Source: Verrucomicrobiota bacterium
GTDB taxonomy: Bacteria; Verrucomicrobiota; Verrucomicrobiia; Verrucomicrobiales; Akkermansiaceae
NCBI GenBank assembly: GCA_038747705.1
Contig: JBCDJP010000002.1
Location: 73,395 to 137,394, forward strand
Direction: 5' to 3'
DNA length: 64,000 bases
Shown here piece after piece: positions 47,833 through 56,031 of this stretch. The position numbers and the translations under genes were made by a program. The first letter of the stretch is position 1. The number at the start of each line of letters is the position of its first letter. The notes under the pieces are model-generated. The model saw nothing but the letters and a program-made list of their open reading frames with translations. It was not told the origin of the DNA and made no database searches.

Positions 47833-49677
47833 CTATTTCGTGGTGGGAAGGACTTCACGAAGGCGGGCGAGGAAATCAATCAGCAGCCGTTCGCCGGGAT
47901 TAAGGACGCTGCGTTCCTCGATGATCTTGCGGCCGATGCCCGGCGCGGCGAGCAGCATGCCGTCGGCTCCGCGGCTGAGGGCGGCGGAGATGAGCACAGG
48001 GTCCGTGGTGTCGGCGACGTGGACTTCGATCCCGGCCTGGTGTGCCTTGCCGATGACGTTGGCATCGAGCCCGCCGGCGGGGACGATGATGAAGTCGACC
48101 AGCATGCCGATCGATTCCGCCAGCGGCTTGGTCGAGTGGAAGCCGAGTTTCAATTCGGGTCGAAGTTCCCGCACGGTGGCGAGGACCGGCAGGCTCGAGG
48201 AGGCGATGCGGATGCGCTGCGGCATGCCGGAGTGGTCGATCTGGTCGACGAGTGTGGCGACAAAGGCATCGCGCGCGCCCGCGTCCTCGATTGGGTGCAG
48301 GTGGATGAGGATGCCGGCGCGGTCGCTGCAAAGAGTGATGATTTGCTGCAGGGTCGGCACGCGTTCCTCCTCGTAGCGTTCGTGGAACCAGCTGCCGACG
48401 TCGATGGCGGCGAGGTCCTCGGCGGAGGCATCGGCGATCTTGAGTGGTTGCTTGGCGATGCGTTGGAAGTCGGGATCGGCGAAGGCGACCAGCTCACCGT
48501 CTTTTCGCGCGCGGATGTCGATGGCGATCCAGCTGGCGCCGAGGTCGAAGGCGGAGAGGACGGCGGCTGGGGTGTTTTCCGGGGCGTGGGCGGAGGCGCC
48601 GCGGTGGGCGATGACCTGGGCTTGGTCGGCGATGCGCAGACTATCGAGCCAGCGGTAGGAAAGCAGCACCACGAGCACCGCGGCGATCAGGGCAGAGGCG
48701 AGGGCGATGCTGCGGGCGATCGGCGGCAGCATCGGCTTGGGGCTAGGCAGGGGATTCTCGGTGTCGAGTCCTTCGCGTCGGAAAAGCCGGATGTGCTGGA
48801 GGGAGAGGAAGGTGAGACAGATGAAGCCGGTGATCGCGGCGATGGCGAGGGTGAGCAGGATCAGCACGCTGAGCAGCAGGGCGATCAGGCCGATGCGGTG
48901 GCCGAGGAGTTCGGAAGCCCAGAGCGCGAGCTTCGGCCAGCCAGCGTTGAGGAGCAGCACGAGGAGGGGGGTGCCGATGAACCAAAGCGTGAAGGTGATG
49001 AAGGCCGAGCGGCGGACATGGCGCGACCGTCGCAAGCTGTGCTGGCGGGCTTCGCCGGGCTTTTCATGCTGGAACAGCACCAAGGGTAGCGCGAAGACCC
49101 AGCCGACGGCGGAACGCATCAGCACGAAGATCATCGCAATGGCGGTGGCGAAGGTGAAGGCCAGAGCGAGGATGAACTCGGGTGGGAGTTCGCTGAGGTA
49201 GTGCTGCAGGCTGTGGTTGCGCAGCTGGATGGTGAACACGCCCGCAATCACCAGCAGGAAGGGCAGGGCGAGGACGAGGTGGTGGAGGAGAAAGCGCAGG
49301 GCGACCAGCGTGAGCGGGACGAAGGAGCCCGCGGTGCGACGCAGGGCAGTGTGGAGCGAGACCGGCGCGCCGTGGTAGGAATCGTGCGCGGCGAAGAGCT
49401 GGACGGCGTAGCCGAAGACATGGATCAGGATCCACAGGGTCAGCAGGGCGATGGCGAGGAGTGGGAAATTCGGACCGACGATGAAGTTGAGCAGGTCGGT
49501 GTCGTTCAGGCGGGCCTTGCCCGATTGCTTCAAGGCACTGCTGGTGGCGAGTGAAAGCGCCGGGGCCACGATGGACAGGCCGATGACGAGGGCGATCCAC
49601 TGGATGGCGAACATCGTCCTCCAGGTCGCCCGGTAGTGTCGCCAAAGGCCTTCGGAGCCGGGTTCGGGTTCCGCCAT
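47833..49677 (-). CDS. Glycerophosphodiester phosphodiesterase with an N-terminal membrane domain
   Basis: Multi-TM N-terminus, IAHRGASAHAPENT, IDIRARKDG; metal-binding Glu residues look degenerate. Confidence 0.82.
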   Translation of the reverse strand: MAEPEPGSEGLWRHYRATWRTMFAIQWIALVIGLSIVAPALSLATSSALKQSGKARLNDTDLLNFIVGPNFPLLAIALLTLWILIHVFGYAVQLFAAHDSYHGAPVSLHTALRRTAGSFVPLTLVALRFLLHHLVLALPFLLVIAGVFTIQLRNHSLQHYLSELPPEFILALAFTFATAIAMIFVLMRSAVGWVFALPLVLFQHEKPGEARQHSLRRSRHVRRSAFITFTLWFIGTPLLVLLLNAGWPKLALWASELLGHRIGLIALLLSVLILLTLAIAAITGFICLTFLSLQHIRLFRREGLDTENPLPSPKPMLPPIARSIALASALIAAVLVVLLSYRWLDSLRIADQAQVIAHRGASAHAPENTPAAVLSAFDLGASWIAIDIRARKDGELVAFADPDFQRIAKQPLKIADASAEDLAAIDVGSWFHERYEEERVPTLQQIITLCSDRAGILIHLHPIEDAGARDAFVATLVDQIDHSGMPQRIRIASSSLPVLATVRELRPELKLGFHSTKPLAESIGMLVDFIIVPAGGLDANVIGKAHQAGIEVHVADTTDPVLISAALSRGADGMLLAAPGIGRKIIEERSVLNPGERLLIDFLARLREVLPTTK

Positions 49678-49728
49678 GGACGAGTTATAGCCTGCCTTGC
49701 TCCAGAGTCACGCGGATAGCTTCGGGCT

Positions 49729-50880
49729 TCAGCGCACCAGTGGGTTGAGCGGGATGACCGGGTTGCTGGACGGCGGTTCGGGCGTGATGGTGGGTCGCTC
49801 GGGTGCCTGGGGCACGGGCGTTTCCTCCGCCTGCTTGAGGACGGCGAGGAGGCGTCGATGGTCGAGCTGGATGTCCTCGAGCTGTGGGCTGCCTGCGGCT
49901 TCAGCAAGCAGCTGCCCATAGGCGGCATCGATACTGCGGATCTCCTGCATCGTGCGCATCTTCAATTCGCGCCCGAGTAGGTTGCGGTGGGCTTTCTGAA
50001 GGCGGGCTTCGCGGGCGACTTCGGGGAGTTTTTCGAGTTCGGCGATCTCGGCATCGATTCGTTCCGGCCAAGGGCTGCCGCTGGTGTTGGTGAAGGGTCG
50101 GCCCTTGAACAGGCCGAGTGCCTGCCAGGCTTCGAGCGGTTGGCCTTCGAGGATTCCCTTGAACTCCTTTTCGAGTGCGTCGTCGTCCGGCTTGCCGTCA
50201 TTGAGGAGTTGATACCACTCGCGGAGGGCGGTGGATCCGTCGCGGGGAAAGTCATGCCCGAGATCCGGCCAGGCTTCGAAGGTCGTCCGCGCTCCCTTGC
50301 CGCGGTAGAAGACCATCGCCTTGAGCGAGGGGATGTAGTTCGGGTCGCGCCGACCGACGCCAATGAAAACGGGCGTGTCCTTTTCAATCGAGCTGGGTAG
50401 GTCGAGTTGGGAAGGCAGGTGGCCGGCCATCAGGATCGCGCCGCCGAGGAGGGGTGACTCGGATTGGAGCAGGGCGTCGGTCATCCAGCCACCCTTGCTG
50501 AAGCCGGTGACGACGATGCGCCTGGGGTCGAGTCCGTGGGACTTGGCGAGTTGATCGCGCACACGGCGGAAGACCCTGAGTTCCCTGGCCAGGTCGTCGG
50601 GGTTGAGTCGGTACTTGCCGCGTTGGACGTAGGTCATGCCAACCACGATCCAGTCATCGGGTCCGGTGTGGCTGCGGGTGGTGTGGGTGGTCGGTCGCCC
50701 CTTGAAGCCGTGATAGGAGAACACCGCGGGCCACGACTTTCCGGCTTCGTGGTTTTCGGGCAGGGAGACCGGGATCGGGACCTCAAGCTCGGGCAGCTGG
50801 ATCTCGAGCGCGCGCAGGGATGGCGTGATGGCCAGCAGGAGTGCGGCGATCAGGGCGGATGGGAGGGGAATACAACTCAT
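49729..50880 (-). CDS. Secreted alpha/beta-hydrolase-like protein
   Basis: Signal peptide, VFSYHG, TGFSKGG (GxSxG), LGHDF. Confidence 0.72.
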   Translation of the reverse strand: MSCIPLPSALIAALLLAITPSLRALEIQLPELEVPIPVSLPENHEAGKSWPAVFSYHGFKGRPTTHTTRSHTGPDDWIVVGMTYVQRGKYRLNPDDLARELRVFRRVRDQLAKSHGLDPRRIVVTGFSKGGWMTDALLQSESPLLGGAILMAGHLPSQLDLPSSIEKDTPVFIGVGRRDPNYIPSLKAMVFYRGKGARTTFEAWPDLGHDFPRDGSTALREWYQLLNDGKPDDDALEKEFKGILEGQPLEAWQALGLFKGRPFTNTSGSPWPERIDAEIAELEKLPEVAREARLQKAHRNLLGRELKMRTMQEIRSIDAAYGQLLAEAAGSPQLEDIQLDHRRLLAVLKQAEETPVPQAPERPTITPEPPSSNPVIPLNPLVR

Positions 50881-50969
50881 TGACCATCATTCTAGGCCCG
50901 ACATGGCGAAAGTGCATGAGAAAATGCCCGTGCTTGATCGTGGGCTGTCGGGGTGACTAGCTTGGCGCT

Positions 50970-51737
50970 GTGAGAAGGTGGATGATCTTGTTCCTGCTGC
51001 TGGCGCTGCCGCTGGCGGGGCAGGATTTTGAAGTTCAACCGCCACCGCCCGCACCGGAGGGACGGATCCTCGATGACGCGCGCCTGTTCGCGCTCAAGCC
51101 CGAGGCTCTCGAAGCCTTGTCGGCGCGGGTGAGCGACTTTTCCGAACGGACCGGCTACGAGGTCTACGTGGCGATCTTCAACAGCCTGATCGGGAGTGAT
51201 GTGACGGAGCAATCGCGCCTGCTGCAAGAGGCCTGGATCGGCGAGTCAGCCGGCGTGGTGCTGGTGATGGAAAGCGACAGCGCGAAGTATGAGCTGGGCT
51301 GGAGTCAGCGGCCGGATGCAGTGGCGGAGTCGGGCGAGCGGCGGCCGTTGCTCGACGACGAGGATCTTGCGCCTCAGGAGCGAGTGCGGATCATCGCCGA
51401 TCTTTCGAGGCGACGGTCGGCGAAGAAGGACTCAATGGAGTCGGCCGAGAGTCTGATCACGACGTTCCTCGATAGTCTTGACCGGGCATTTGAGAAACCG
51501 GAGGGCAAGGAGCAACCGCGCTGGCGCTTCCGGGTGCTGATGCTTGGCACGGGTTTGATGGCCTGCATGCTTTTGCTCGGCCTGTTGATCGGAGCGTGGA
51601 TCCGTCGTTCGGACCGCAAGGTCGAGGAGCGCTTGATTTTTCCCGAGGTGACCGTCGGCATGCGGCTCGGTGCGCCTTGCGGTGGCGGCAAGATCAGTTC
51701 ACGGAGCTTTGACGTCTTGCCGCGCGACGGGGCTTGA
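50970..51737 (+). CDS. TPM domain-containing membrane protein
   Basis: GRILDDARLF, C-terminal TM, RLGAPCGGG tail. Confidence 0.7.
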   Translation: MRRWMILFLLLALPLAGQDFEVQPPPPAPEGRILDDARLFALKPEALEALSARVSDFSERTGYEVYVAIFNSLIGSDVTEQSRLLQEAWIGESAGVVLVMESDSAKYELGWSQRPDAVAESGERRPLLDDEDLAPQERVRIIADLSRRRSAKKDSMESAESLITTFLDSLDRAFEKPEGKEQPRWRFRVLMLGTGLMACMLLLGLLIGAWIRRSDRKVEERLIFPEVTVGMRLGAPCGGGKISSRSFDVLPRDGA

Positions 51738-52275
51738 GCGGTACTTGCCGGATGGGCAAGTGGTTGGGCAGCAGGGCGGAGAAGAGGTGGACCAGCGGGT
51801 AGGCGACGAGGGCCAGCAGCACGCCGATGACGAGGAAGCCGATGATGAAGGCGGCGACGTCGAGCTGGACGAGTTTGCCGTCCCAGGTGATGTCGACCAC
51901 GCCGAGCTTGGGCATCGGGACGCCGATTGAGCGCATCCAGCAGCCGAAGCGGTGCTGGGTGATGCGGATGAAGGGTTCCGTCAGCGGGTTGGTGACGAAG
52001 CAGGCGGCGACGGTGAAGGGGATGTTGACCTTGGCGCGGGCGGCGATGGCGAGCGCTGCGAGGGTCTGGAAGGGCATCGGCATCATGGCGAAAAAGAGGC
52101 CGATGGAGATACCGCCGGCGACGGTGTCGCGGCAGGGGTGCCAGAGGCGCCGGTCGAGCAGGCTGTTGCGGATGGGCTTCCACCATTCCTGGCGCCGGAG
52201 GCGGCGGTGCCGGAGGATTCGGTGGGCTTTCCGGACCAGCCACAGATAGCGGGCTCTGAGAACTCTCGGCGGCAC
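51694..52275 (-). CDS. DUF2062 family membrane protein
   Basis: LW...R..VAGG..IGLF..M.P.P.Q, ..TNPLT.PF. Confidence 0.82.
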   Translation of the reverse strand: MPPRVLRARYLWLVRKAHRILRHRRLRRQEWWKPIRNSLLDRRLWHPCRDTVAGGISIGLFFAMMPMPFQTLAALAIAARAKVNIPFTVAACFVTNPLTEPFIRITQHRFGCWMRSIGVPMPKLGVVDITWDGKLVQLDVAAFIIGFLVIGVLLALVAYPLVHLFSALLPNHLPIRQVPLKPRRAARRQSSVN

Positions 52276-52383
52276 GCCTTAGTCTGCGCCTGAAGTGATG
52301 CTGGAGCAACCGCAAATCACCCCGGGGGAAAAGCTCCTTCGCTGGTCTGCGGATTTGACCAGCGTTTCCCTTGCGATGCTCGC

Positions 52384-53340
52384 TTGAGTGACCATGCTGC
52401 GCCCGCAACCATTGCCATGACCTGGATCGAAGCATTCATTCTCGGCATCGTCGAGGGCCTCACGGAATACCTCCCGGTCAGCTCGACCGGCCATCTGATT
52501 GTGACTCAGCGATTCATGGGGATCGGACTCGAGGGCAAGGACAAGGCGGCGGCCGACTGCTTTGCGATCTGTATCCAGGCTGGCGCGATCATGGCGGTGC
52601 TCGGTCTCTACTGGCCGCGGGTGAAGCAGATGATCCTCGGTGTCTTCGGTAAGGACTCGGAGGGGCTGAAGCTGACGATCGCGCTGATCGCGGGCTTCCT
52701 GCCGGCGGCGGTGATCGGGCTGGCAGCGAATGACTGGATCGAGGAGCGCTTGTTCGGACTGAAGCCTGTCGTGGGTGCCTGGCTGGTTGGCGGGGTGGCG
52801 ATCCTGTTCTTCGACCGCTGGATGAAGAAGGGTGGTGGTGGCAAGGGCGTCGAGCTCGCTGAGATCACCTGGAAGATGGCCCTGTTCATCGGCTTCGCGC
52901 AGTGCGTGGCGATGTGGCCGGGCACCAGTCGGAGTCTGATGACGATTCTCGGCGGCCTGTTGATCGGGCTGCGCCTGAGTGCGGCGGTGGAGTTTTCCTT
53001 CCTGCTCGGAGTGGTGACCTTGACAGCGGCGACCTTGAAGAAGGCGGTGTGGAAGATCGACCAGGCGGATCAGGTTGCCGCCAACTGGGATGCGGCGAAC
53101 CTCACGGACAAGTATGACGTCTGGGGTGGAGGTGCGTTGCTGATGTGGGACTCTTATGGACCGCTGGCGATGGTGGTCGGGGTGATTGCGGCCACGGTCT
53201 CGGCGGCGATCGCCGTGAAGTGGATGGTGAGCTATCTCAACCGTCGTGGGCTCGGAGTGTTCGGCTGGTACCGGATTGCGGTCGGAATCGCCGTCGGAGC
53301 CTTGATTCTTACGGATTTCCACGGCTTTGCTTCGGCCTGA
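52384..53340 (+). CDS. uppP: Undecaprenyl-diphosphate phosphatase (BacA)
   Basis: LGIVEGLTEYLPVSSTGH, IQAGAI, AQCVAMWPGTSRS, EFSFLLG; start may be 52417. Confidence 0.95.
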   Translation: MSDHAAPATIAMTWIEAFILGIVEGLTEYLPVSSTGHLIVTQRFMGIGLEGKDKAAADCFAICIQAGAIMAVLGLYWPRVKQMILGVFGKDSEGLKLTIALIAGFLPAAVIGLAANDWIEERLFGLKPVVGAWLVGGVAILFFDRWMKKGGGGKGVELAEITWKMALFIGFAQCVAMWPGTSRSLMTILGGLLIGLRLSAAVEFSFLLGVVTLTAATLKKAVWKIDQADQVAANWDAANLTDKYDVWGGGALLMWDSYGPLAMVVGVIAATVSAAIAVKWMVSYLNRRGLGVFGWYRIAVGIAVGALILTDFHGFASA

Positions 53341-53405
53341 TTTCGCTTGCCCGCCCCGCGTGGGCCGTTTGGATTGGGCGAGTGACTTGCGTCCCGACCA
53401 AACCC

Positions 53406-54047
53406 ATGGCCCGGATCCTCACCTTGCTGGCCTTCTGGCTGTGCATTGGGGTCCCGGCACTGGCTGGAAAGACCGTCAGGATTCCGATTGCCGATGGATT
53501 TGATTTTCCCGTCGGGAAGCCCGATGCCGCGGGCTACTACAAGGCGCGCGGATTGCGGCTGCGTCCGCCGACCCATTTCGGTGAGGACTGGAATGGCCGC
53601 GGTGGCGGCAACACGGACCTTGGCGATCCGGTGTATTCGATCGCGACCGGAATCGTTGTCTGGGCGTATGACCTGCGCGGTGGCTGGGGCAATGTGGCGA
53701 TCATCCGTCATGCGTATCGTGACAAGGCCACCGGACAGGTTCGCTATTGTGATTCGCTCTACGGTCACCTGAACCGAATGTATGTGAAGGTCGGTCAGAA
53801 GGTGAAGCGTGGTCAGCAGGTCGGGACGATCGGTTCCAACCGCGGCATGTATGCCGCCCACCTGCACTTCGAGATCCGGCACAACATCCACATCGGAATG
53901 CACCGGAACAAAGTGGCGAGGAGTTATGCCAACTGGGCGGATCCGACGGCATTCATCCGGAAGTACCGCCGGTTGCGCAAGGAATGGGGCAAGCAACCGG
54001 TGCCGATCGGCACCTGTCCCGAGTACAAGGGCTTTCGCGGCCTCTAG
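53406..54047 (+). CDS. M23 family metallopeptidase
   Basis: HFGED (HxxxD), YGHL, HLHFEIR; signal peptide from MARILTLL. Confidence 0.9.
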   Translation: MARILTLLAFWLCIGVPALAGKTVRIPIADGFDFPVGKPDAAGYYKARGLRLRPPTHFGEDWNGRGGGNTDLGDPVYSIATGIVVWAYDLRGGWGNVAIIRHAYRDKATGQVRYCDSLYGHLNRMYVKVGQKVKRGQQVGTIGSNRGMYAAHLHFEIRHNIHIGMHRNKVARSYANWADPTAFIRKYRRLRKEWGKQPVPIGTCPEYKGFRGL

Positions 54048-54050
54048 GCG

Positions 54051-54692
54051 ATGGGCGTGCAGGCGAAGCAATCGGTTTGGCCGCTGGTGGGGCTGATCGT
54101 GCTGGCCCTGATCATGTGGCTGAAGGATCACCGGGGTGATCTTACCGCAGTGGCGACCGGTGATCCGGCTGCGGCGTCGGACGGGCGTTACGAGATGATC
54201 GAGGGCTGCCGCTGGGTGGACAACCGGCGTAACGATGGCGACAGCTTTCGCGTCGAACTGGGGGACGGAAGGTCGGTCGAGTTGCGGTTGTATTTTGTCG
54301 ATGCCCCGGAGTCCGCCTTCAAGACCTACGGCAAGGATCGTAATAATCACGAGCGGATCCGGGATCAGGGAAGGGATCTGGACGTGTCCCCCGAGCGCGC
54401 GGTGGAGGTCGGGGTCGAGGCCAAGAAGTTCGTCCGTGCCCAATTGGGTGACCGGCCGTTCACGATCTTCACCGAGTGGGACGATCCATTCAAAGACCGT
54501 CGTTACCATGCTTTCGTCGAATTGCCCGCCGGTGGTTGGCTGCATGAGGAACTGGTCCTGCAGGGACTGGTGCGCATTCACACCAAGGGTGAGGATGTTC
54601 CCGGCGGACTGCGGCGCGATGCGCAGGAGCAGCGGCTGCGGGAGCTTGAAAGTGAGGCTCGCCGAGCCGGACGCGGAGTGTGGGGGAGGTGA
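54051..54692 (+). CDS. Thermonuclease (SNase-like) family protein
   Basis: [32 protein letters not shown]. Confidence 0.85.
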   Translation: MGVQAKQSVWPLVGLIVLALIMWLKDHRGDLTAVATGDPAAASDGRYEMIEGCRWVDNRRNDGDSFRVELGDGRSVELRLYFVDAPESAFKTYGKDRNNHERIRDQGRDLDVSPERAVEVGVEAKKFVRAQLGDRPFTIFTEWDDPFKDRRYHAFVELPAGGWLHEELVLQGLVRIHTKGEDVPGGLRRDAQEQRLRELESEARRAGRGVWGR

Positions 54693-54704
54693 GGGGGCTC
54701 ACAA

Positions 54705-54736
54705 TTGACGCGGCCCGGAACCCGTGGTATATACCA
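54705..54736 (+). promoter_or_regulatory. Sigma-70-type promoter with an overlapping palindromic operator
   Basis: TTGACG-N17-TATATA; perfect palindrome TGGTATATACCA at 54725-36. Confidence 0.8.
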
Positions 54737-54739
54737 GAT

Positions 54740-54970
54740 ATGACAACCACGGTGTTCCTCAATGGTCGCTCGCAGGCGGTCCGGATTCCGAAGGCCTTTC
54801 GCTTTGAGGGGAAAGAAGTGTCGATTCGTCGCCTGGGTGATGGCGTGTTGCTTGAGCCGCTGAAGGTGGAGACCTGGCCTAAAGGTTATTTTGATGCGAT
54901 TCGGATCGATGATTCGGACTTCGAAAGGCCGGACCAGGGGGAGCTCCCGGAAGTGGCTGGGTTCGAGTGA
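54740..54970 (+). CDS. vapB: VapB antitoxin (AbrB/SpoVT fold)
   Basis: [19 protein letters not shown]. Confidence 0.92.
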   Translation: MTTTVFLNGRSQAVRIPKAFRFEGKEVSIRRLGDGVLLEPLKVETWPKGYFDAIRIDDSDFERPDQGELPEVAGFE

Positions 54971-55371
54971 TGAAGTATCTGCTGGATACCAATGTCTGCA
55001 TCCGGGTGATGAAGGGCGATCCCCGGGTCACCGCGAGGATGCGAGCGCTTCGACCCGACGACTGTGGGGTGTCGATGGTCTCGGTCTATGAGTTGTTTTT
55101 CGGCGTCGAGCGATGTCGAAATCCTGAGCGTGAGGCCGACAAACTGCTGGAGTTCCTGAAGCCGCTGCATCTTTGGCCTTTCGACTGGGATGCCGCTCTG
55201 CGAACCGCGGCCGTGCGGAGGCAGCTGGAGGCGTCGGGTAATCGCATTGGCCCCTATGACTTGCAGCTCGCCGGTCAAGCCCTCGCCCTCGATGTCGTCA
55301 TGGTGACGAACAACACGAGGGAGTTTCGCAGGGTCGAGGGTTTGAAGGTGGAGGATTGGGAGAGCGAGTGA
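54970..55371 (+). CDS. vapC: VapC PIN-domain toxin
   Basis: YLLDTN, YEL..G, IGPYDLQLA, VTNNTREF.RV.GL.VEDW. Confidence 0.95.
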   Translation: MKYLLDTNVCIRVMKGDPRVTARMRALRPDDCGVSMVSVYELFFGVERCRNPEREADKLLEFLKPLHLWPFDWDAALRTAAVRRQLEASGNRIGPYDLQLAGQALALDVVMVTNNTREFRRVEGLKVEDWESE

Positions 55372-55396
55372 TTGTCAGCAAGGGTAGGCTCCCGGA

Positions 55397-55951
55397 CTAC
55401 TCTCGCTCGGCGTCTACTTCCGCCAGAAGATCTCTGGTTTCGATGGCGTTCTCGACGGCGGGGAGCTTGAGGATCACCGGACTCTGACCGGCCACGGTGG
55501 TTCTCATGGTGATGTCTGAGATCCCTTGCTCCATCGTTCCCGTGGTGAGGCTGACTTCGTAATCAACGATCTCCCGGAAATGCACTTTCTTGTCGGCATC
55601 AATGGTAATAATCCGAAGAAACGGGCCTTCAACCAAGGCTTGAAATGCATTGACGACTCTCCGGGACCAGCGGTTTCCGAATACAGCCATGTAGATCCAA
55701 GTATAAATGATCGAGACGACAATCAGGGACGAGAACCAAATTGCCAGAGTCCAACAGGTTCCAAACCTCAGATGGAAAGCAGAAACGCTCTCTCCGACTA
55801 GTGACGACGAGCTGGCAATGATCCATGATCCAAACAGAGTCACGAACAAGCAAATCGAACCCGTCGTGATACGGTGACTGCGCAGGTGCTTCCTCAGATG
55901 CTCGTGGTGATTGATACCGACACGGAAAGTATGAGGTGCCGTCGTTTTCAT
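55397..55951 (-). CDS. Hypothetical membrane protein, possible bacterial PH-like C-terminal domain, low GC
   Basis: 184-aa ORF with two TM segments and locally about 42% GC. Confidence 0.55.
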   Translation of the reverse strand: MKTTAPHTFRVGINHHEHLRKHLRSHRITTGSICLFVTLFGSWIIASSSSLVGESVSAFHLRFGTCWTLAIWFSSLIVVSIIYTWIYMAVFGNRWSRRVVNAFQALVEGPFLRIITIDADKKVHFREIVDYEVSLTTGTMEQGISDITMRTTVAGQSPVILKLPAVENAIETRDLLAEVDAERE

Positions 55952-56031
55952 GTCCGAAGCATCTCCCGGACTCCGGTCTCAGGCTATTGTAAGTGGATCT
56001 TGCTTTTGGAACAAGCGGCCGGCGCCTCGGT

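Noticed and set aside
51694-51737. 44-bp convergent overlap of the TPM and DUF2062 genes
   Set aside because: Short tail-to-tail overlaps are common in GC-rich genomes; nothing else marks it as regulatory.
52279-52383. Small hairpins (GCTGGTC...GACCAGC, CCCCCGGGGG) between the DUF2062 gene and uppP
   Set aside because: Stems of 7 bp or less; resemblance to the 22851 arms is too weak to support.
55372-56031. Integron cassette (attC) around the low-GC gene
   Set aside because: No RYYYAAC...GTTRRRY core pair with an intervening palindrome, and no integrase.
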